Virus record (IMG/VR): IMGVR_UViG_3300036779_000090
Span: 1-34,168 of that record
Strand: one strand, 5' to 3'
Source: a virus
Lineage: Duplodnaviria; Caudoviricetes
Length of the DNA: 34,168 nt
The position numbers and the translations under genes were made by a program. Shown piece by piece: positions 27,538-34,168 of this stretch. The notes below the pieces were generated by a model that had not been told where the DNA came from, made no database searches, and saw only the letters and a list, made by a program, of their open reading frames with translations. Positions within the stretch are counted from its first letter, which is position 1. Each line of letters opens with the position of its first letter.

Positions 27538-27577
27538 GTTACCTCCTGGTGAGAACGTGACAGTTAAGAACCCTTCT

Positions 27578-27606
27578 CACGTAGGACGCAAGAGTGTTTT
27601 TGTCAA
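27578..27606 (-). promoter_or_regulatory. Sigma70-type promoter
   Basis: TTGACA-N17-TACGTG upstream of 27537. Confidence 0.5.
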
Positions 27607-28103
27607 CAGTCACAAAAGAACCGCCGCAGATCGTATTCATCGCGGCGTTTCACTCTCAAACCAGGATCAGTTAGAAGGGTTCTGATTAACCGGTACAGGT
27701 AATCAGGCAACTCCTCCACACACCGCGCAAGTTCACCTAACGGGTGTTCAGCCGGACTGTACCTCTCGCGCACCGCGATCTCATCGGTGCCCAGATCGGC
27801 GAGGTAAATTGGGTCACCAACACAGGCGTATTTTCGCGTGAGGTCGATCAGGTAACGACTAAAAGTCGTTTGTACCAGTGACATAAAGTGGGGGTGCTCG
27901 ATGTCGACGCCAGGAGTCCCGTAGCGGTTCCTACACCTGACAGCGCAGAGTAGCCCATCCTGGCACAGGTCGTCTAGCTCGTAAAAGCCGGATACTTTCC
28001 AGTGATTGGTAACAGAGAACCGATAAATCCAACCGACTACCGGCGATGGAATGGTCACAATAACTGACCGTTCACCGCCGCTGCGTTGAGCGCGGTTTGA
28101 CAT
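27603..28103 (-). CDS. Sigma-factor-like protein (region 2-like)
   Basis: YELDDLCQDG......C...Y...F..L........LIDL.RK pattern, with C-terminal VEELP. Confidence 0.55.
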   Translation of the reverse strand: MSNRAQRSGGERSVIVTIPSPVVGWIYRFSVTNHWKVSGFYELDDLCQDGLLCAVRCRNRYGTPGVDIEHPHFMSLVQTTFSRYLIDLTRKYACVGDPIYLADLGTDEIAVRERYSPAEHPLGELARCVEELPDYLYRLIRTLLTDPGLRVKRRDEYDLRRFFCDC

Positions 28104-28351
28104 TGTGTGCCCACTTCCTAGATAAGCGGACGAAAGGGCACACAGTCTATGCCGGGAGGTGGAACCTGTCCAGAGGAGAAACCAGCCAGTGTGGAGTTGC
28201 GGTTGCTGGCTGGACCCAACCGTCTAGGAGGAGAAACGATCGCCTAGCGCCTCATCGGACATGCCGCAACCGGGGGGTCGAACGCCAAGGGCGAATGGTC
28301 CGGCACGCCAGAGGAGCGATCGTCTACTTCCTGCACCCCACTGCACTGCAA

Positions 28352-28380
28352 CAAATAGGGACGGTTACAACAAATTGCAA
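28352..28380 (-). promoter_or_regulatory. Sigma70-type promoter driving a long leader and the sigma-like gene
   Basis: A-rich UP element followed by TTGCAA-N17-TATTTG. Confidence 0.5.
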
Positions 28381-28408
28381 GTTATTTTTTGTGACCGAAT
28401 AAAGTCAC

Positions 28409-29431
28409 TCATTTGTCACCAACACCAAACATATGACCGAATAGTTCCCGTGTGAGGAGCGCCGGGTCTTTAATACCATTGGGCATACCGTATTGTTTTA
28501 TATTGAGTAACTCCGGGAGCGGACCAAACACGCTCGCGGCATCGGCATCAAGAAGAGTTACAACTTCCTTGTAACGCGGGATCAGGTCGGCCAGGAGATC
28601 GAGTTGCTCCGGGGTGGCCTGCTTGCCGTAGAGCGCGACGGCGTTGATGGCATACCGATGGCCAAAGAAGCTCACACGGATTGCGTCGAACGGTCCTTCG
28701 GTGATCACCAGGGTGCGCCCGCCGTAGCTCGCCGCGTCAAAATCCAGGAGGGTGTGTTTAATGTTCTCAACCGCCTGGGGCTGGCCCAACTGCAACGCTT
28801 TGTCGGGATCGGAACTCAGCGAGCGGTACCGTAACTCATCATTGCCGATATGACGCCCGGTCCAAGTGACTAATCTACCGTTATGGTACACCGGCACGAT
28901 CACTCGGTAACTAAACACACCGCGCACGGCGTAACGCAAGCCAAACCGCTTCACCAGCCAATCAACCTGCCGCTCGCTATAACCGCGCCCGATCAGGTAC
29001 GGATAGTAGAGCTTACGCGCACGCGGCGAGCTATCGAGCCGCTGGTACTCATCCGGGAACTCTAATGTAGTAACGGTATGAGTCACTGTAGACACGCCAA
29101 TCCCCAACCGTCGATTAATGTCACTATGATAGGTACGGTCATTGGCAACGATGGCGCTCTCGCCTGCCTGAACAATCAGACGGGCGGTATCACGCGCGCA
29201 ACCGAGTAACGCCTCGATCAGCCGGTACGGTGACCGTCCCGAATGCGATCCCGGTGACGGTTCCCGCCAACAGTGCCAAAACCCGTTACGGACATCGATA
29301 CCCATGTTGTAACCAGTGTCGTCACCGCAGAACGGGCAATTGATCCCGATATGGTGACGCGTAATATGGTAACGACTGCCGGTGGTCGTTTCGATACCGT
29401 GACTACCCAGGAACACTTCCCAGTCAAACAC
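28409..29431 (-). CDS. DNA primase (Zn finger plus Toprim)
   Basis: CPFCGD...WHCW, RVIVPV....LVTWTGR, ITEGPFDA, LLDAD, KDP. Confidence 0.88.
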   Translation of the reverse strand: MFDWEVFLGSHGIETTTGSRYHITRHHIGINCPFCGDDTGYNMGIDVRNGFWHCWREPSPGSHSGRSPYRLIEALLGCARDTARLIVQAGESAIVANDRTYHSDINRRLGIGVSTVTHTVTTLEFPDEYQRLDSSPRARKLYYPYLIGRGYSERQVDWLVKRFGLRYAVRGVFSYRVIVPVYHNGRLVTWTGRHIGNDELRYRSLSSDPDKALQLGQPQAVENIKHTLLDFDAASYGGRTLVITEGPFDAIRVSFFGHRYAINAVALYGKQATPEQLDLLADLIPRYKEVVTLLDADAASVFGPLPELLNIKQYGMPNGIKDPALLTRELFGHMFGVGDK

Positions 29432-29600
29432 CTTGGTTACCCTTCCATCGAGTCACCAATTCCACATAGCGATCCCACTTCCGCTGCGCCTCTGCTTCAT
29501 CACGGGTTCTGAGACTGAAATAGTACAATCTGCCGTCACGCTCGTACTCACCGCGCCAGATACCGTTGGTGTGACGGTACATGCGGATCGGTTTAATCAT
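29424..29600 (-). CDS. Small protein resembling an Arm-type DNA-binding domain
   Basis: Hand translation MIKPIRMYRHTNGIWRGEYERDGRLYYFSLRTRDEAEAQRKW. Overlaps both neighbours in a coupled way. Confidence 0.5.
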   Translation of the reverse strand: MIKPIRMYRHTNGIWRGEYERDGRLYYFSLRTRDEAEAQRKWDRYVELVTRWKGNQGV

Positions 29601-29781
29601 CACTTACGCGATAAGCACGGCGAGAGATTAACACGGTGTCAGTGCCCGACAGCTTACCGATGATCTGCAACAGTTCCCTATCCGGCGGCTCGCTGCGCGG
29701 TACCGCCTTGATCGCCATCATCAGTAACCGCCGACGCTCACTCTCAGTGAAGGGTTGGTCTATCATTCCACCTCTGTTCAA
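29593..29781 (-). CDS. Hypothetical protein
   Basis: Colinear small ORF. Probable start is MIDQ after GAGGTGG. Confidence 0.5.
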   Translation of the reverse strand: MNRGGMIDQPFTESERRRLLMMAIKAVPRSEPPDRELLQIIGKLSGTDTVLISRRAYRVSDD

Positions 29782-30085
29782 TCATGTCACCGGCGTCCTC
29801 GATTATACGGACGCGGTGGTGGAAGTGACGCAAGATCGCGCCGAGTATCTCGGCGCGACATTCAATCTCGTTCGGTGTCAGTGACACCAGCTTCTGGTCA
29901 CGGTCATTAAACGGATCGAGGCCGCGACACAGTTCCGGGTCATAGACCCAGCCGGGAAAGGAGAGACACGCGCCGCAGATATAGGGCTGCATCTTGTACA
30001 TAGCGATACCAGTGACCGCTCGACCGCAGCCTGGGCAGTCGAACTCCACCGGTTCCGGTTCGATCCAATCGTCAATGGTTTGCAT
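29744..30085 (-). CDS. Hypothetical Zn-finger protein
   Basis: CPGC...CGAC motifs. Confidence 0.6.
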   Translation of the reverse strand: MQTIDDWIEPEPVEFDCPGCGRAVTGIAMYKMQPYICGACLSFPGWVYDPELCRGLDPFNDRDQKLVSLTPNEIECRAEILGAILRHFHHRVRIIEDAGDMIEQRWNDRPTLH

Positions 30086-30120
30086 TCACCCACCTTGATT
30101 CTGTCGTTCAATGTGACTCA
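30083..30120 (-). repeat. Isolated single TIGR-like unit at a gene junction
   Basis: TGAGTC acattgaac GACAGAATC aaggtgggt GA then ATG. Confidence 0.6.
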
Positions 30121-30420
30121 ATCCATCCGGCACGCCTCGAAGCTGCCGTCTGGCTGAACGATCGCCACATACTCGCAATCATAGAACCGGATCACCTCAT
30201 CGCGCAACCGTGTCTCAGCAAGTAGCTGAAGTGGCGGGTCACCGGGGTAGGATAAGTTACCATTTGACAGCATGGTGAACCCAGGCTGCGCATCCCAACC
30301 GGACTGGTAGTTGGTGTTGAGTTGCTCCTTTGCTGGTCGCGGGTCACGGTCACTCAGGAACTGCGGTATATACCCCAGCATGTCGGGGTGGAACTGCCGG
30401 TGCTTCGCTACCCAGATCAT
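30118..30420 (-). CDS. Phage hypothetical protein
   Basis: GGAGG RBS. Contains L.YPGDPP and C-terminal VAIVQPDGSFEACRMD. Confidence 0.75.
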   Translation of the reverse strand: MIWVAKHRQFHPDMLGYIPQFLSDRDPRPAKEQLNTNYQSGWDAQPGFTMLSNGNLSYPGDPPLQLLAETRLRDEVIRFYDCEYVAIVQPDGSFEACRMD

Positions 30421-30430
30421 TCTTTCCTCC

Positions 30431-31408
30431 TCACTTTTGCCCAGTCAGTTTCAGCTTGCGACTGTTAAACAGGTTAAACGCCGCCGTCAGCCGTTCGACA
30501 CTAACAGTGTTACGGCTGTCGGGATGCAGACACCGCAGGATCGAAGTGTGTTCATCGACGGTGAAGACGGATTCGTGGTCATTGATCAGTTCCCGATACC
30601 ACTCCTCGTTCGCCTGGGCCTTGTTCTGCATGTCCTTTAGGTCGGCGAGGTAGGACTCACTCTCCTTAAGTACCCGCAGACGCACCTCTTCATCGAGCTT
30701 CGCAACCCGCTCAGCATGGGCGGCGGCGAGGTTCCCGCGCTCGCGCTTGAGGACCGCTCCGATCTTTTGTTGCGCCGTCAGCGACAGGGCGATCCGGTCG
30801 ACTATCGCTTCCTCTTGTGCTTCGTGTAACCCGTCCAGGCGTCCGCGCTCCAACATGTCGGCGTCCTGGACATCGCGCGGCCCAACACCGAGTTCCTTTG
30901 CCACCTTCTCGCGCGAGATCGGGCGTCCGGCTTCTATGTCCGCTCGAATAGCCTCGCGAGCCTTGGCGACGGGCGGTGACACAACACGGCGGCTTTTCTT
31001 ATCGCCACTGTTTTTCTTACCGCTACCGGCGGGCCGACCTCGCTTCTTGCCGGGAGGTTTACTAGCGTTAGTAAACCTCCCTTTGTGTTGCTGATAAACA
31101 AGCTGTACTGACCGGCTGTCGGTTTCGCTGAACACCGTCCGCATCAATTCCGGTTCGGCACACATAGTAACCAACGCAGCACGGTCGTTAGCGTTGCTGA
31201 TTGGAAACTTTTGTTCCTTCCACCACTGACCAAATTTCACATCGTCCTTCTTAAAGTACTCCCGTACTGCGGCGGTTTTAATCGCCGCCGCGACCATGTA
31301 ATCGATCCACGCTGTATCACTCTCTGCCGCATTATGAAAATCAGCCCTAAGACCCTTGGTCATCCGTTCCAGCCAGTCGGGCAAGTGACTCACGTTTTCA
31401 CTTTTCAT
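30431..31408 (-). CDS. Hypothetical DNA-binding protein (HTH, coiled coil, C-terminal LHPD)
   Basis: ATG at 31408 follows GGAGGTGA. ISREKVAKELGV HTH and a J-domain-like CLHPD..AF motif. Confidence 0.7.
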   Translation of the reverse strand: MKSENVSHLPDWLERMTKGLRADFHNAAESDTAWIDYMVAAAIKTAAVREYFKKDDVKFGQWWKEQKFPISNANDRAALVTMCAEPELMRTVFSETDSRSVQLVYQQHKGRFTNASKPPGKKRGRPAGSGKKNSGDKKSRRVVSPPVAKAREAIRADIEAGRPISREKVAKELGVGPRDVQDADMLERGRLDGLHEAQEEAIVDRIALSLTAQQKIGAVLKRERGNLAAAHAERVAKLDEEVRLRVLKESESYLADLKDMQNKAQANEEWYRELINDHESVFTVDEHTSILRCLHPDSRNTVSVERLTAAFNLFNSRKLKLTGQK

Positions 31409-31480
31409 TTTGGGTTCACCTCCAAAAAGGAAAAGGCCGGGTGAACGCACCACCCAGCCCCCCTACGCTACCACAATACG

Positions 31481-31963
31481 CTACTCTGCCGCCTGCTGCT
31501 GATGCGTCAGTCGGCGGTACTGTTCACGACGCAGCTTCAAACCAAGGTTCTCGCTGCGCATGATACCGACGAGACACCCATAGATGTGACCTTCGGGCGC
31601 TTCGGCAGTCATGGTGTCCTTGGCGGCGCGGGCCATCTCCCGGATGACCGATACCGCGATAAAGCGGTCGAACATCCGATTTTTGGTGACCGAGTCGTTA
31701 TTGCCGACCGACTGCAAATGCCGCTTGAAGCGGGCATTCGAGTTGTACGCCGGGTAGAAGTAACCCCGCACCGCTGAACCCAGCGAGCGCGCAGTCCGCT
31801 TCTGCACCAGACGTGCAGGCATCGGTAGAACGGGAACACCAGTGTCACCGCTGTCGCTGTAGTGGATGATTTCGGTACCGAGTTCGGTGTCACCACCGGC
31901 CTCGATATCGTCGTCGCCCTCCATTTCGACAACGTCGTCGTCAATCGTAGTTTCTTCAATCAT
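31481..31963 (-). CDS. Hypothetical protein
   Basis: ATG at 31963 follows AAGGGAG. The ORF-track extension runs through promoter DNA. Confidence 0.65.
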   Translation of the reverse strand: MIEETTIDDDVVEMEGDDDIEAGGDTELGTEIIHYSDSGDTGVPVLPMPARLVQKRTARSLGSAVRGYFYPAYNSNARFKRHLQSVGNNDSVTKNRMFDRFIAVSVIREMARAAKDTMTAEAPEGHIYGCLVGIMRSENLGLKLRREQYRRLTHQQQAAE

Positions 31964-32069
31964 ACGCTTCTCCCTTTCAGAACAGTGCGGGACCGATGCC
32001 CGCAAAGCGAAAGTGGGGAAGGGTGCGTTCCTTTCTCCCAATTCGGAGCCTGCCACGGCACGACAACGA

Positions 32070-32098
32070 TTGCAAGCGGTCTTTTTCGGCGCTATATC
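32070..32098 (+). promoter_or_regulatory. Promoter for the divergent RHH gene
   Basis: TTGCAA-N17-TATATC. Confidence 0.5.
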
Positions 32099-32149
32099 AT
32101 ATGTCGCGTTATACGACGCTATAACAATGTTAGAGATGGACCGACACTC

Positions 32150-32347
32150 ATGGAAAAGATGAAAACCGTGGGGCTGCAATTCACGGAGGTACAAAAGGAA
32201 TGGTTACTCCGTGAAGCTAAGCGCCTGGACCGAACAGTACCCTGGATCGTTAGGAACTTAGTCACTGCCGAGATGGCTAGACAGACACCGGCTCGCCGGG
32301 AGACACCGGCAAAGGGTCACCAAAGAAGAGTCAACCTAAGTCACTAA
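32150..32347 (+). CDS. Ribbon-helix-helix (CopG/Arc-like) regulator
   Basis: MKTVGLQFTEVQKEWLLREAKRLDRTVPWIVRNLV follows a strand-helix-helix pattern. Divergent from the minus-strand operon. Confidence 0.7.
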   Translation: MEKMKTVGLQFTEVQKEWLLREAKRLDRTVPWIVRNLVTAEMARQTPARRETPAKGHQRRVNLSH

Positions 32348-32352
32348 CTGAC

Positions 32353-32384
32353 GGTGTAGGGTTTATCTGGATAAACCCTACACC
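32353..32384. repeat. Perfect 15-bp inverted repeat (terminator or operator)
   Basis: GGTGTAGGGTTTATC-TG-GATAAACCCTACACC. Confidence 0.8.
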
Positions 32385-32413
32385 AAAAGTGACACCTCCC
32401 CAAAAAAAGTCAC

Positions 32414-32443
32414 TTGACATTTTGTGACTCCGCACGATATAAG
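32414..32443 (+). promoter_or_regulatory. Strong sigma70-type promoter
   Basis: A-tract UP element followed by TTGACA-N18-TATAAG. Confidence 0.65.
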
Positions 32444-32549
32444 TTCCCGTGCGGGTAAACCCTATGGGTCACCCGTAGGGCGGGGTAGCGGGTGAGTATC
32501 AGTCACCCGCTACCTCTAATCACAGGAGAAAAAAGGCAGGAGCACTCCC

Positions 32550-33290
32550 ATGACTGAAGACTCTATAACGGAGGACACGGTGATCCCGCAAGACATTAGG
32601 TTCAGCCGGGGCCAACTCGTCATCCTCAACGCTGCCGAGAGAGCAATGGTACACATCCACCAGACCTTCGACCAGTGGCTGGTCGCAGGCCGGTGGTTCA
32701 AGGAACTGCAAGACGATGCAGTGCGCCGCTCGAAGTCGAGCGGTCCCAGCGGTCGGGCATATAGTGACTGGTACGAGGCACTCCATGCCAAGTCCGTCGA
32801 AAAGCATCCGCACCTCGCCAAGGTCGGCAAGACCGGGCGGTCACTCGCCATTTGGATGGTCGACAACGAGGAAGCGGTGCGTGACTGGCGTGACACGGTG
32901 CTCGATGACGAACAACGCTTCGCGTGGAACAGCCCCTCCACCATCAAGCGGGAATTCGGCGCGTGGCAGGTCGGCTCCGCGCCAATGCCGCTCGACATCG
33001 AGGAAGGCGACGATCGCACGGTCGCCGACATCTTCCCTGCCGATGAGTTCCCTGAAGACGAAGAGGAACAAGTCAATCCCCGGAAAAAGAAGCGCGGCAA
33101 GCGCAAGACTAGTGACAAGGAACTATCGGCGATCATCGGTGCGCAGTCGGAGGAGATTGTGCAGTTGAAGGCGACGATCGAGCGGCTGCACAAGCGTATC
33201 CGCAGCCTGGAGTCACAACTGCGGCGCGCCGGTATCACCATCAAGGGTGTCACCGAACCGCGTGTCGATACCGACGCGGAACCGTTTTAG
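32550..33290 (+). CDS. Hypothetical early protein with C-terminal coiled coil
   Basis: AGGAG RBS, own promoter and downstream terminator. 246 aa. Confidence 0.8.
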   Translation: MTEDSITEDTVIPQDIRFSRGQLVILNAAERAMVHIHQTFDQWLVAGRWFKELQDDAVRRSKSSGPSGRAYSDWYEALHAKSVEKHPHLAKVGKTGRSLAIWMVDNEEAVRDWRDTVLDDEQRFAWNSPSTIKREFGAWQVGSAPMPLDIEEGDDRTVADIFPADEFPEDEEEQVNPRKKKRGKRKTSDKELSAIIGAQSEEIVQLKATIERLHKRIRSLESQLRRAGITIKGVTEPRVDTDAEPF

Positions 33291-33303
33291 TCACAAATGT
33301 AAC

Positions 33304-33330
33304 GGTAGGTTTATCCGGATAAACCCTACC
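33304..33330. repeat. Second copy of the GGTTTATCYGGATAAACC palindrome
   Basis: GGTAGGTTTATCCGGATAAACCCTACC. Confidence 0.75.
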
Positions 33331-33355
33331 ACTTTGGGCATGGCAGGCGTGGTGT

Positions 33356-33389
33356 AATTAAGGGCGGGTGTGACGCCCGCCCTAATTTT
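33356..33389 (+). terminator. Intrinsic terminator-like hairpin between the convergent gene and the pentamer array
   Basis: AATTAGGGCGGGTGTGACGCCCGCCCTAATTTT. Confidence 0.7.
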
Positions 33390-33419
33390 ACGCGGCGGTC
33401 AGTGCCGGGTCTGGATCAG

Positions 33420-34168
33420 CCCCATCAAGCCGTGCCCCGCCGCGTTTTGCCATGCCAGGACTCGCCTGCCGCGCTCAGCCATACCGAACCATGCCAAAAC
33501 ATGCCATGCCTGCCGTGCCGACCGAACCGTACCCTGACGGGAGGTGCCATGCCCTGCCTGCCACGACAAGCCATACCCTGCCACGCCCTGCCGCACCTAG
33601 CCCAGCCAAACCGGGACTGCCCAGCGGTGACAATCCATACCCTGCGGTGACAATCCGTACCCTGCGGTGACAGACCGAGCCGAGCCTGCCGTGACCGGCC
33701 CAGCCGCGCCGTGTCTAACCGCGCCGAACCCAGCCTGCCTCGCCGCGCCGTGCCGGGTCGGGCGATGCGTTGCCAGGACACACCGTGCCTGCCGCGCCTT
33801 GCGTCGCCTCACCGTGAAGTGACGCGCCATTCCGTGCCTCGCCTGCCATGCCCAGCCGCTACCCGCCACGACGAACCGGGTCGTACCGGGCCAAACCAGA
33901 CCACGCCTGCCTCGCGTTACCGCGACATACGATGCCTTGCCATGACCAGACCCGCCTGCCACGCCTCGCCGAACGCTGCCTAGCCGTGCCGAGCCTGCCG
34001 AGCCGTACCGAACCGGGCCGCGCCAAGAGTCACCAAACCGGGCGGTGACGAGCCGAGCCATGCCTGCCCTGCCTAACCAAGCCTAACCGCGTCTAGCAGT
34101 GACGCGCTATGCCTGCCCTGCCTCGCCCCATCAGGACTCGCCTGGACGCGCCCCGCCTTGCCTGCCAT
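33420..34168 (-). ncRNA. GGY-NN pentamer array with GGCAGGC delimiters (VIPR-like guide RNA array), continuing past the window end
   Basis: Strict 5-nt register on the minus strand, e.g. GGCA GGC AA GGC GG GGC GC GTC CA GGC GA GTC CT GAT GG GGC GA GGC AG GGCA. Thirteen delimiters, mostly spaced 5n+4. Confidence 0.8.

Noticed and set aside
33399-34061. Several overlapping Arg/Gly/Ala- or Pro/Cys-rich ORFs on both strands
   Set aside because: By-products of a GC-rich 5-nt periodic repeat with few stop codons. No RBS, and the periodicity is not codon-based.

Overview
This window is a 34-kb segment of a tailed dsDNA phage genome. Promoter shapes suggest an alphaproteobacterial host (inference). 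Almost all genes lie on the minus strand. In transcription order (right to left) they are: small early or regulatory genes, a replication and recombination module (Toprim primase, sigma-like factor, sliding clamp, UDG-fused family A DNA polymerase, DnaX-like clamp loader, UvsY-like protein, gp32-like SSB, RecA, MT-A70 methyltransferase, HNH nuclease, SbcD/SbcC, Holliday junction resolvase), tRNA-His, then terminase small and large subunits, a GH16 hydrolase and a DUF1073-type portal that is cut by the window edge. The most striking content is non-coding. (1) About 14 dispersed arrays, roughly 55-60 units in total, have a 36-nt period with the layout edge repeat / 9-nt spacer / loop repeat / 9-nt spacer. 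This is TIGR-like guide-RNA architecture. The arrays fill many gene junctions between 1 and 15 kb, and upstream stop codons are often built into the edge repeat. (2) At the right end is a >750-nt array of GGY-NN pentamers, punctuated by GGCAGGC delimiters at 5n+4 spacing (VIPR-like), with a nearby sequence complementary to the delimiter. No effector protein for either array is recognisable inside the window.
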